Assembly (NCBI GenBank): GCA_010093605.1
Contig: MU004188.1
Coordinates: forward strand, 1,305,673-1,369,672
From: Lophium mytilinum
Lineage: Eukaryota
Direction of reading: 5' to 3'
Length of the DNA stretch: 64,000 nt
Shown here piece by piece: positions 39,313-51,200 of the stretch; positions within the stretch are counted from its first letter, which is position 1, and each line of letters starts with the position of its first letter. A model generated the notes under the pieces. That model was not told the DNA's origin. It worked only from the letters and a program-made list of their open reading frames with translations, and ran no database searches. Both the position numbers and the translations under genes were made by a program.

Positions 39313-41478
39313 TCATGACTGCCAGTTGCTCATAATGATATTATTCCACAGATCCAAATCCTCCCACACCAACTCCCCCTCCACAGGCCTCCACTCTCCC
39401 ACCCCCTGCTCTCCCCTCGCGCCCTCCATTGCCATCCCCCCCTCATGGCTCCACACCTCGCTATGATCCACACCCGCCTCCGTCTCCATCCCATTCCGCG
39501 CACCCAACTGCCCACCATCACCCGTCACCACCGCCTGCTGCAGCGCCCACGCCTCAACAACCTCCCTCGCAACCCCAATCGGCCTTCTCAGCTGCATCAA
39601 CATCCTCCTCGCAAACCCCAACCCCCCCGCCACCGCCTCCATAATCCGCATCGCGCGCTCGAACAAGTCAACCGCCGGCCTCACCAGCTCCTCGCCATTA
39701 CTCCGCCGCACAATCACGCAGATCACGGGCACCAGCACGCCCGTCAGATGCAGCGCATACGCATAGCGCTCCGCCCTCCTCAACCCACCCGACGCATACG
39801 ACAGCTCGACAGCCGCAACCATCTCCGCCGCGATGCCGATGCAGAGCTGCGCGGTGCGCGGCTCGTAGCGCAGCGACACCATCTCCCCGCGGCGCAGCAG
39901 CATGCGCAGGGCGCGGATGCGGAGGTATAGCACGAAGCTCTGCTGGACGAGGAAGGGCGGGGGCGTGTCGGCGGCTGCGTCAGGCGGCCAGACGAGGTGC
40001 GCGGGGGTTTGGTGGCTCAGCGCGAGGATCTGGGAGTCCATGGCGGCGATGAAGGCGGCGTTGACGGGGGGCGTGGCGTGCACGCCGAACATGGCGTCCC
40101 AGATTGTGGAGGAGAGGTTGGCCCAGGCGATGATTTGGAGAAGGAAGGGGATTGGGGAGGCGCGCGGGGTGGAGGGTAAGGAGGGGCAGTTGGGGGCGAG
40201 CATGCGGTCGTCGACGCAGGCGGGGTGGGCGACGTCGAAGTCGGCGGAGCGGAGGAGGTTGGGGACGCCCGAGTGCTGGGCGACGTTGTGGTTGAGGCAG
40301 TAGAGGGACCAGAAGAGGCGCTGGCGGTAGGTGCGGTCGTAAAAGGTGCAGTCGGCGCCCCAGGAGGGCTCGTTGTGGAGGCCGAGTTGGAAGCAGAGGC
40401 GGATGGCCGTGCCCATAGTGTCGTAGGCGGCGTCGAGGCGGGAGATGTAGAGGCAGTAGGAGCTTTTGATCAGTAAGATCTGGATGGTCATGATGCTGGC
40501 TTTTTCGAGCCAAGGGGCGTGGCTGAGGATCTTCTCCGCGCGGTGGAACTCTTTGCAGCCTGGTGGGTTCTCGTCGGATGTGCATGTATCGTATAAAATA
40601 CGAGACACAGCTATCATGAAGTTGAGGAGTACGGCGAACTGGACGTAGACTTTCTTGCTCATACAGTCCGTGTCGTTTGCTAGGAACGCTGCAAATTGAG
40701 CCCGGAAATGGGCTTCGTTGATACAAGGGTAGTGCGGCTGGATGTTCGCGAAGTAGACGTCTATAGACTGCATGATTCTGTCTACATCTTCCAGTCGCGT
40801 CTGGTCCACAATCTGATCCAGATCGCGTTTCTGACTAACGGACAGGTTCTCGTAGTCTATAGTCTCGGACCCAGGCTCTTCGGGTATCAGAAGCAAAGGA
40901 TCCTCACCTTTCTCAAGGTCGCGGGCGACAGAGCGGTCGAGGACGTCGATTTGGTGGAAGAAGGAGGTACCGCATGCAAACTTGGTGTTTTGTTCGAAGA
41001 CATTATTTGGCGAGCTGCTAGTTGTTGAGTTAGCCGATTCTGCGAACTGCGAGGGCCCTATCGGGGTCTCGATAGAAGGCTTCAATTGCTGTGCGACGGA
41101 ACGTCCGCGCTCCTGATTCCTCATCTGGGCCAGCTCTCTTTTGAGGGTTTCATAATTTTGCTGAAGAGTCTGGGTGCGGGATGCCAGATCAGTGCTATCG
41201 TTCTGATCGGGCGATCTCTGTAGAAGTGATGCCTCCCGGTGAGCTTCGGGATCAACCGTACGGAAATTTCCAGAAGTCGAGTCCGGCGTGGATAGATGTG
41301 CGGTCTTTTGCTTCTTCGATCGATTAAACGGTGTATAGACGCATTCAGATCGCGATTGTCGGCAATTTCTACAGTTGGCCCCGCCTGTGCATTTTCTCTT
41401 TCGCCGCTGACATTCGATGCAGGCATGTAGCGTGTATCTTTGCCGGACCCTAACCGGGTGCTCATCGCTCGATATCAT
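39313..41478 (-). CDS. Zn(II)2Cys6 transcription factor with fungal-specific TF (middle homology) domain
   Basis: ACIECQRRKRKCTGGANCRNCRQSRSECVY; YFANIQPHYPCINE; AIRLCFQLGLH...RQRLFWSLYCL. Start taken at MISSDE (ATG 41478); an in-frame upstream ATG also exists. Confidence 0.92.
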   Translation of the reverse strand: MISSDEHPVRVRQRYTLHACIECQRRKRKCTGGANCRNCRQSRSECVYTPFNRSKKQKTAHLSTPDSTSGNFRTVDPEAHREASLLQRSPDQNDSTDLASRTQTLQQNYETLKRELAQMRNQERGRSVAQQLKPSIETPIGPSQFAESANSTTSSSPNNVFEQNTKFACGTSFFHQIDVLDRSVARDLEKGEDPLLLIPEEPGSETIDYENLSVSQKRDLDQIVDQTRLEDVDRIMQSIDVYFANIQPHYPCINEAHFRAQFAAFLANDTDCMSKKVYVQFAVLLNFMIAVSRILYDTCTSDENPPGCKEFHRAEKILSHAPWLEKASIMTIQILLIKSSYCLYISRLDAAYDTMGTAIRLCFQLGLHNEPSWGADCTFYDRTYRQRLFWSLYCLNHNVAQHSGVPNLLRSADFDVAHPACVDDRMLAPNCPSLPSTPRASPIPFLLQIIAWANLSSTIWDAMFGVHATPPVNAAFIAAMDSQILALSHQTPAHLVWPPDAAADTPPPFLVQQSFVLYLRIRALRMLLRRGEMVSLRYEPRTAQLCIGIAAEMVAAVELSYASGGLRRAERYAYALHLTGVLVPVICVIVRRSNGEELVRPAVDLFERAMRIMEAVAGGLGFARRMLMQLRRPIGVAREVVEAWALQQAVVTGDGGQLGARNGMETEAGVDHSEVWSHEGGMAMEGARGEQGVGEWRPVEGELVWEDLDLWNNIIMSNWQS

Positions 41479-44400
41479 CGTGTCGATTGGATTGACTCTT
41501 GTCTGGGGAGTTCTTGCATCCAGACCTCCCGGCGTTAGGAAGATCGAGCTACCTCTAATGAATTCCCAATACATCCAGATGTGATGAGTAAAAATGGTGA
41601 CCCTGATGCATACCCCGAAGAGATAACCGGCGTATAGCTCCTGGCACGAATTGTACAAATTATGGGAAAAGAGACTTGGTTGGATTTCACAAAGGGGTCG
41701 AGTCCCTAAGGCAGATCCAGGGTATATATGATCCTGTAAATACCCCGGAGCTTCCAGGTAGACGTTGCAGCTCAGTAGAAGCAACAAGTTGACCCTTTGG
41801 TTCTGGTCCGGCAATTGTTTGTTATTATGGATCCTTTTCCGTCGACATAAAGGGAATGTTGAACACGATCGAGTAAGTGAATGCTACCGTATTAACTTAG
41901 ACACAACTTGAGGAAGCGCGCGAATTGTGTGCGGGATAGCAGCGGAACTGCAAAAGGCCACAGTGGGGAAGTAGACCCACGTGATATTTGACAAAGGATC
42001 GTTGGGCTGGTTGAAAGCTTTGGCTATTGATTAACAGGTGGACAAAGATAACCATGTCCTACTTGGAACACAGACCCATAGTAGTACTCTATTTGAACAA
42101 TCAACATTGCGAATCAGTCCGCCCCGCATACTATATTCCAAGAATCTGGGGTATGGGGTTTCTGGGGACGGGACCGGAGCCAAACTGCTCCGAAAGCGAT
42201 TGAAGATGTAGCCGAGACTTCCGGATTTGTGGTACGCCACATATTTTTCGGAAGATCATTGTCAATGTGAATGTCAATCAGATGCCATCTGATTACTCAC
42301 TATATCTGCTGAGTGGCATGCCCGTGCAATACGCTTGCTATATGCTCCGATATGGTTGAACACATTTCGAAGGTACTTCGCATGCTGTCTTGCCCCGAGC
42401 TTTTTGAATAATAGTTTGGGTTTGGGACGCCTAAGCCCAGGAACATCTAGAGTACCTGATGTCTTCAGATCCTGCGAATTGGCCATGTACGGACGTAACT
42501 GATCTAGACTAGTCATGGCTAGTAGTCGTATCTAAATCTCCAGTTCGTCACTGGGAAGTAAGAGCAGATAGTATCAGTAGCCATACAAAACCTTCCAGGG
42601 CTTGATCAATCTCACCTTTGAATCGTATTGAGGAATCGTTCGGTTCCATACCTACCCAATGCATATAGGAACAGCCGACCTAGTGTTAAAGTCGTTGCTC
42701 CAAAACAGAGCTCAATAGCCCCATAGCACTCTGTGGATCAAAAAATGCTTCAATGTAAGAAGCTATCATGTGGGTTTGATTCACTTTAGTAATTCAACAC
42801 TGTCTTGACTTGGAAATGCTGGAAGTATGATTAAGATTGCTCACTGAGCCATTGACTTGCGAGTAGTGTGATATATGATATGAGGTAAAGATGAAATGGG
42901 AGCGAAGAAGAGTATTGGCGAGACTATTTACCATGCAGTTTACTGATACTATGAAGTACTCACTATCGACATTGTGCTGAGAAATTTGCATGCAACGCAA
43001 GATTGATCTCGTCAGACTACTTCGTTCCAAAAGTGGTTCCGAGTCCGGTTCACGCCTTTACATCGATGCTGTGTCAGAGACCGGCGCCATCATCCACGTC
43101 TAGACAATCGAAACCACAAAGAAGTGCTGGTACCCTAAATGGGCGAAAGATTACTGAGTGTAGAGGTTCAGGACACCAAAGTCTGGGCCATGCAGCATCC
43201 TAGTCCCTGAATCTCGACTTGGTTAGCGGTGGCTGCTGCTCAACGGCATGAACGCATGTTCGCCGGCGAGACATGCTGACACCCACCGATGCCCGGCCCG
43301 CACACCATCGCCGGTGGCCCGTTGCCCGCCGACCCCGAGCCGTGGTTGCATCACCACCAGAGGTGTTGCCATGGTTCGAGGCTAACCGACGGACTGCAAT
43401 CCACTTCACTTGCACCATTTTAAAAGATCCAAAGAAAGAAACATTCGACTACGCCGCAATCCTGAGCAGAGTAAATATAGCCTGATCATCAACGGGCGAA
43501 GCTGACGCGAAGCTGATGGAGCGTTGCACGGCGTCATCGCTCCCGTAATCTTCGCTGCATTTGGCTGCGTAATCGATACCAGCTGCAGCGTTGCTCTGCG
43601 GAGTGCAGCCGCACTGCCCGTTCGTGCCACACTGCATGAACGCCCTAGCTGCAAGAAGGCTGGACCGCGGCGGGGGCGGCCAAAATAACAGCAGCTGCAT
43701 GGAGAGGACTGCCGCCGGACTTTGGGACGTCGACGTTGGTGGTGAGGCCCGGTAGAGCGGGTCGGGCGCGTATCGGGGTTGGAGGTGGTGTCGACGGACG
43801 AGATGCTGCACTTGGCAAGACAGCTGCAGGTGGATGGGAGGGAGGGGTGAGCACGTGGGGTCTGCTGGCGATCACGGTGTTGGTGTTGAGACTTGATGGC
43901 CAGCGCCGTGTTTCGTTTCCCCTCCCCACCACCTCCGTGCTGCAGCCATCGGTTCTTCCGAGAGTGCCGTGCCTCGTTGAATCCATGAAATGATGAATCA
44001 CGTACCTGGCGATTTCGAACGGCTGGAGGGAACATCCTCGAAGGCTTCCAGGTGATCGCATGCCCGCCAGCGGTTGCTAGATGCAGGCGGGGTGATAGTC
44101 CAGTGCCTCTATCACGACCCACAACTCTTCTCGCCAAAGACGGGTCGAGTGACGTCTCCAAGGGCCCCTCAATGCCCCTCAATGCCTTCATCACCTCGGC
44201 GCTTCCACGTCCGTGCAGCACAGATCGCGGGCGGCCTCAATCACCTCTCTCCAGCTGTCAGCGTGACCGTTTCTGCGGCCGGTAGGGCCGGGACGCTCGC
44301 GGCTCGTTGGCCGAGGAGTACTCGCCATGGAAGCGAGGGAGGGCAGCAGAAGCGGATGGCTGGAATGCGAAGGGTGCGAAGCGCGGTGGCTGGGATGGGG

Positions 44401-46297
44401 GCTGGGAACGAGGGGTTGAGGGTGCATGTTGCAGCGTCAATGAGGAGCAGATGAGGGGCTGCGTTTCTGGGGCGAGTGGGCTGTGAATGGCCCAGTGTGA
44501 GGTTGCCTGCATGAAGCATGACGACTAAAGGTGCCGATGAAACAGTGTGCCAATGAGACGACGGGCTGGAACGCCGGAATAGGTCACCGGCGCAGCTTCA
44601 ACTGTGCGAGGAACAAGTGCTGTGCGACCATGTCCACGGCCGTGATAGGCGCTGCGTTGAGTGAATTGATCGAGAGGGACTCCGGACTGGACTCCTCGGC
44701 CCGAGCGAGACTCCTCCTCTGTGGCTGGAATGCAAGCATTGCTTCCTTTTCGTAGTCATCTGCCATATCTTTCTCTGCACGATCTAGAGCCGCCGAATCA
44801 CAGCCTTGTTCAACGCGTTGCCCTTGGTCAGCTCGTGCTCGCCGGCGCTGTGCCCCAGGGGTAGTGGCAGAGCAGACACTCTACTGCAACACCATCCCTG
44901 AGTGCAAGATATCTTTGGCAAGTAAGCAGCTCAGCAACTCCACACCTCTGCACCGCAGGCAGCAGCATCTCCTGTAAGGGCGGCATCAGCACACCCATTC
45001 GCCATTCACTGACGGCCTGCTGTGCCACACTCATCTATCCATCTCGTCCCATCATCCATGGTCAAACCATGGCATCTCGAGATTAACAGGTACCCAATAA
45101 CCCTCCACCGGATCGCCAAGCCACCTGTCATCCCATTCAATTGGGTCACCCAATATCAGGCTTCCTCCACCGCGTGCATAAGACGCAGGCAATATAGATT
45201 CGATTTATCGAGAGGCAATAATAATGAGCCACAAATACATCCACGCACCAGTAGCATACAACCCTCCAGCCATCACACTGTAGTCCAGCCTTGCCCCCAG
45301 TCCCACAGCATCAAGTATAGCTGTCATGTGCAATGCCCTCAACACCCAGAACATCACGAACCCAGACTCCGTTGGCCGAAAAGAAGCCGCGCACCACTCC
45401 AAGCAAAATGATACTGAGACCGCCGAAGAGGCAAACCATGAATCACAGATCCGCACGCCGTACCGCAAGTGCCTCATTGGCAACCCACCTCACCAACGTT
45501 TCTCCCGCCCAAAGCCTCGGGTTCCAGTCAGACGTCTCTCCTGAAACCCCGTCCACCACCAGCCGCCTCGCCCATGCCCGACGTCCAAAACCCCTCAAAG
45601 TCAAAGAAAGGAAACCCCACAACAGCACAAGCAAGACCCCTGATCCGGAATCCCTCAATTGCCTACGGACAACGGGTGCCGCCACACTCCGTGTACAGAG
45701 AGCAGCAGCAATCCCAGCCCATTCCTATCTCAAGACGACCACCGCTGACCACCCACACCTCGCAAACCCGGCGTGAACCGCCCGTCCCCCAACACCGCCT
45801 AGCCGCCAATTCATCCCCCCATCACAATCTCTGCTTTTTCCTTCCCGCCCTTCCACGCAGCCAGCAGCCACCTTCCATGCTTCCCACGCGGGCGGCCACA
45901 TGCACATCCGCACATCACCGTTCGCCCAACCCTAGGCATGTTCCATTTTTCTAAGCGCGCAGCCCAATCACTCGCAGGGTCAGGGTAGCCGTGCCGTCTC
46001 TGTTGTTTCTCCACGGGCGCTTCGCCAGTGCTGGGATTGGTTGCCGCCCGCCCTTCTTCATTGTGACGGAGAGTGTTTCATGTGATGCCTAGAATGTTGT
46101 TGCCTAGATCTCTGTTAGAAGGACGGGATAGTTGGGCGAAGGCAAAACTCCTATCGCGAGTCGTGGGAACTCCTGTGTTTCACGGACTTGGGGGGCGGCA
46201 AAAAAGGCGGCAGGGGCTCGCCACACACACAGAAAAAAGCAAACTCTAATGCGAGTCACATTTTGCGATTCCGCCGATGGTGGGAATAGAGCGATAT

Positions 46298-46326
46298 AGT
46301 AGTAGTAGTAGTAGTAGAAGTAGTAG
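46298..46326. repeat. (TAG)n microsatellite
   Basis: tagtagtagtagtagtagtagaagtagtag-like tract; a (GA)n tract also lies at about 46641-46660. Confidence 0.85.
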
Positions 46327-47021
46327 CAGATCACGTTCACAGCCCAACACCACACATGAAAGACGAGATAATCGAAGCGGATATAAAGGTATGTCATAAT
46401 TTTAGCCTCGCGGCTACTAGAATCGATCAGACCGTAGCCCAACCAACCCAGATAATCTAAGGGTAATATAAAGACGCAAAAAATATGAATCGCTAGAACC
46501 AGTCTGAACGACATCGACGGGAAAAGATAGGAATGGAGGGGGGCTTGGATATAGATGGATCGACTCCGTTCAACACACAAACTTTTTCCGATTTGAAAAA
46601 TTTCCCAATGCAGTCGCTCAAAATGATGACTCGAGTGAAAAGAGAGAGATAGAGAGAGAGAAACCCCAAGAAACCCAATTTGCAAAAGCCTAATAAAGTG
46701 ATGTTTAAGGTGACCGGCTTAGAGAAGCACACCGCCATGCCGACCAAAGATCAAAACCCAGCCCAATGCAATGATAGTTGCTTTCCAGTCTCTTTGAGTT
46801 TCCCATGTTTCCTTCCCAGTAGTAGTACAGTCCCCCGATCGTGAAATTCCAGTGTGAAAGTAAGATGCATGCATGAATCAATTACAATTAAAAGCAGAAA
46901 TGAAATGGGTATTCCGCGAGCAAGCAAGCAGACAAGCCTGACAAAGATGAGGAAATTGCATGAAACAGAAAATCAAGTCGCACTTAAACTGACTGGTCCT
47001 GCGCAAGCCAGGCAGGACGGT

Positions 47022-48257
47022 CTAAGCCGAAGGGTATCGGAGGATGTCGTCGCAGTTGGCGTCGAAGCGCATGCTCCAGAGGCGCATGCCGGTCATAAGT
47101 TTCTCGGTCTTCTCGAGCTCGCGGTCGCGCCCGAAGATGGAGTCGACAAACTCGCAGCCGCTGTTCTTGCCCATGGTCACGGGCTTCTTCTCGCCCGTCT
47201 CCTTCTTGGCCGCCTTCCACATGTACTCTTCGCACACCTTGAGTAGCTTGGCGAACCGGATCCAGAGGCGCTCGCCACTCTCGAGGAAGTCCTCCACCAT
47301 CTCGCGGTTCTCAGTCTTGCGGATCTTAGTCATGCACTCTTCCGCGCGCTTGACCTTGCCGGCGAGTTGGATGAGCAGGAGCCAGAGCTCGCCAGCGATT
47401 TCGGAGAGAGGCGTGCTAGGTCCGTGGTGGAAGACAGTCCAGTCGTAGATCCACTTGCCAAGGGAGTTGGCGTCGAAAACGCTGCCGAGCAGCATGATCG
47501 GCTCTTCGGTCGGATCCCAGTTCTTGTACGAGTAGCCAGCTGGAATGCCCGCTCGACGCGCGTCCTCTTCAGTTGCCCGCGGAGTCGCCTTCGCAGTCGA
47601 TGGGCGCTTCGGAGTGGGCGGCTGAGGTCGGCTTGAGTGAGACGCACGACGGGGTCGGGAACGCGATGTGGGCTCTGCCTCGGTGTAGATTGGGACCTGA
47701 TCGTGATAATAGTGATCAGTACTGCGCCCGTAGCTCTGATATCGTGCGTACGGTTCGTACGGAGGCGGAGGGGTGTCGTAGACGTTGCTGTCGTAGACGT
47801 AGCCGCGACCATCGTCGAAGACGTGCGTCGTGTGCGCGTATCGCGAGTGCGAGGGACGGCGTTGTTTGGATTCGCGCGAGGATCGGTGCATTGAGGGCAA
47901 CCCGTCCATATCGCGGTAATGCCGACTTTTGGTTCGAGTATAGTCGAAATTACTTACATAGTCGGGGTTGCGCTGCGGCGTCGGTTGCGAGGCAAAGTAT
48001 CGCGGCGCCGAGTAGCCTGGGAAGTACTGAGGCGCACCGCGAGTCGATGTGTAGGCGTAGGCTGGCGGCTCCTGCTGGCTGGATCGTCGCGCGTGGGTCT
48101 TTGGGGAGCCTCGAGGCGACGGCGTCGCGGTGTTCGCAGCGTATCGAGGCGAGTAGTAGCCGTGTGTCCCCGGCGAAGGCGATACAGGCGGCGTTCGAAT
48201 GTAGTCGTAAGGCATGTAGCCCGGAGGGGGCGTTGGGTATGTTGGGTGGAAATTCAT
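47022..48257 (-). CDS. Conserved fungal protein with Pro/Tyr/Ser-rich disordered N-terminus (family often auto-annotated 'vegetative cell wall protein gp1-like')
   Basis: Intronless ORF. C-terminal domain IPAGYSYKNWDPTEEPIMLLGSVFDANSLGKWIYDWTVFHHG...ELWLLLIQLAGK...RLWSMRFDANC, recognised from memory of ascomycete proteins. Confidence 0.85.
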   Translation of the reverse strand: MNFHPTYPTPPPGYMPYDYIRTPPVSPSPGTHGYYSPRYAANTATPSPRGSPKTHARRSSQQEPPAYAYTSTRGAPQYFPGYSAPRYFASQPTPQRNPDYVSNFDYTRTKSRHYRDMDGLPSMHRSSRESKQRRPSHSRYAHTTHVFDDGRGYVYDSNVYDTPPPPYEPYARYQSYGRSTDHYYHDQVPIYTEAEPTSRSRPRRASHSSRPQPPTPKRPSTAKATPRATEEDARRAGIPAGYSYKNWDPTEEPIMLLGSVFDANSLGKWIYDWTVFHHGPSTPLSEIAGELWLLLIQLAGKVKRAEECMTKIRKTENREMVEDFLESGERLWIRFAKLLKVCEEYMWKAAKKETGEKKPVTMGKNSGCEFVDSIFGRDRELEKTEKLMTGMRLWSMRFDANCDDILRYPSA

Positions 48258-51200
48258 GTGGGCGAGCGGCACGGGCGGCGCCAGCGGAAATGGGACTGCG
48301 GAAGTCGATACGGCGAGGACGTGAGGGTGAGGAGAGCGGACTCAGGCAGGAGCCTGTTCACCGTGGCGACTGCAAACCGTGGGTGTGCAGTTGGGCGGCG
48401 GACGATGTGAGGGTGGAGGTGGGTGGTTCTGCGGAGGAAGAAAGGGAAAACTGGTTCTTGACTCCGCACATTTGTTGTTTGGTTCTGGCTGGATTCGAAG
48501 CGTATAGAAGGATCCGTGATAGAATCCTGTGGTCGTGGTGTTTTGCGGTGCCGGTGCTTGATAATCGTGGTGGAGGTGGTGGGCAACGGGCGCGGGAGTT
48601 GGGCACAAGGCCCTAATATGTAGTCCCCCAGTGGGCTCCGGTTAGCGCAAATGGGTGCCAGGAAAGCCCAGCCGCTGCCCCCCGTCGCGGGCTGCTCGAC
48701 CCAAGCCACACCTTCACCGCACCTGGCACCCCCCCTGGCCCGATCGAAAATGAGCTAATCTCGCAGGGTGACTCAAAAGGGCTCTATTCGGGGGCGGCGC
48801 AGTCGCTGGGTGCAGTCAGAGCGGCAGCGATTCGACTCAGCGCGGGCCGGAAGCGAGATGCGAGCAGAGAGCCTCTTCGCAGGACTGGGACAGGCTCCCG
48901 AGATGGCGACAGATACGGCAGCCTGACGAGGAATTACAATTATACGACTCCGTACTCCTGGTTGCCTGGTGCCATGTCTGTCACGCCTGCCGTCTGTCGC
49001 AGTCACGCCTCACGTCTGTCACCACGGTCGCTGTCGCTGTTACGCTGTTTATTATCCTCGAGTCTTGCTATTACGGTCCTGCTGGTACCGTCACTTGCGC
49101 CCCGTACCTCCGTAATGCTGCCATTCCAGTTCCAGACTGTTTATATCCGCCGGCCGCCGAAGCGTCGTGGAAGGCGGCCGATTCGTCTGGATGCTTTGTC
49201 CCACCCCGTCAGCGTCGCACCGTGTCGCCGAACGGCTTTCTGTGCCACTTCCGCGATATTGACCAGCGGCGAGCGATTCATGCCGTTTTCTCTGCGCGCG
49301 GCGAGACCTCCCCTCAGTCTGTGCGCTCTCAGGAACGGGGTGAATACAAGGAACAAGTCCCAAGCGGCGCCCACCCAGCACTCGCCTTCCCTTCCAGCCT
49401 GTCCATCCGCTCCCGCTGCTCTGGCTGAAGGTTCACTCTCTGGTCCGCGCTGCATTGCATCCTCCTTCAGTCTAGTACCCAAGTCTGCGTGGCTCCGGCC
49501 GCGGCGGAGACGATTGGGTGCTGGCCACTCGCCGGACGACGACGACGCCTCTCAGCTGTCTTGGGCCGCTCAAAGCAGCCGCTACGCCTGCGGGCGATGC
49601 AGCGATGCGACAACTGCCAACGGAGGGCCCACTGCGCAGGACGACGAGGCTGGTGTCGCGCATGAGAGTCGCGGCGGCGGCGTTTTGAGAGTCGTGGGCT
49701 CCATCCGAAACACTGGGACGCGATGGCGCTCCCAAGCTCAACGGGCCAATTTGCACAGACGGGAAGCCTGGGGCGCCCTGCCACCGTTTGCGCTGAGCCG
49801 CACTCTGTTTCGATGCGGCTCGCTTGGTACGTACGAGTCCCTCATTTCCGTGGGTGAAAATTTTTCGCTGCCTGTCTCACAAGTCACTGTTTTCATGCCG
49901 TCGCTTTACCGCAACTCTGCCCTCGTCGAGTGCCGTCTCGTCCAGCAAGCCCTCCCTCTGGCCGGCAAAGATAGTGCTGTCTCCTGCTGCGAAAAGGGCC
50001 CACTGCGCGCGGCGGGTAGTGCATACGCACGGCGTTGATTCGCGCTGCTTCACTGTCTGCAGCTGGCCAACGCAGCGCACGCACGCTGCTGCAGGGATTC
50101 GATCTCCCGCTGGGCGCCCCTTCTATCCTGAAAGGAGGAATATTGAACCGCATTGCAGGATACCGGCCGTCTGACTGGGCACTCGGACGGCCTTGGCCCA
50201 CTGGACATTCACTCCGCCGGTGCTAGCGGGCCCCTAACGCCTCTCTAGCGTCTCTTCCTCTATCCCACATGCACTGGAGACGCACTGTAAATCTTGGCGC
50301 CCACACGAATATTGACCGTCTCCCCCTTTTCCAGCATCATCATTGGCCTAACCGGACGAAAAGGCCAGTGGCGTCGCACGGGGGAGTACTTGTCTCTTCC
50401 GCACCGCGATGCCCACTGTAACCAAGCTGGCGGATACTCACCGATACTCAACACCCTCGACGCTCGCTCACCAGCGCGCCGACAACTCATCCAGCGCGCT
50501 CCTTCGAAGTCACCACAGCCTGCGTTCGTCACCTGTTTGCTGCACCCACTGTATCAGGCCAGGATTCCGCTGTCGGTATCAGCGAATAGCGCCCTACCAG
50601 ACGCAATGACGCAGTTCACAGGTCGGACGTCTGCACAGTCCGACAGGCTGCGTCGACGGCGGATGATCCGGGAGGCCACGTTTGCCCGGCGACTCCTGCA
50701 GGCCTGCCAGGCTGAGAGCTGCATCCCACCGCTAGCTGCGTGCGTGTGTCGTTTGCAGTGCCCAAAATATCCAGCAACGTCGAATTAAACCTGAGACTGT
50801 CTTCGGCGTCCACGAGCTGGCTGTGGCGCAGCGTCCCATGACTCATCTAGCACGTATCATCCAGGTCACGTGCGCTGCCTTACTGCAACTCCATTGGGAA
50901 GTTCGAGATGCTCACGGTGGCGACATGGCGTAAGCCGGGGGCAACACCACTCTGTCGCCGTATCCCGACTTCAAAGTGGCCACAACTCCTCGCAATTCTC
51001 ACGGATCGCCCTATACCGGCCTCTCGAAGGCCGGCCCTGCAAGGCTCCCGCCGACATCCAGTCGAAAGCAAACGCGCAGGCAGCCAAAGAAACCACGTAA
51101 CCGCAGTCCGACCACGCCATTCGACTGGAATCAAAACATCGGCATCGAATCACACCCTCGCGCCGACTTCGATCGCTTCTCCGTCGCAATGACTCCGCCA

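Noticed and set aside
48962..50038. 358-aa ORF, and the 271-aa ORF at 43406-44221
   Set aside because: No recognisable motifs, non-ATG or weak starts, R/S/A/P-rich composition typical of GC-rich non-coding DNA.
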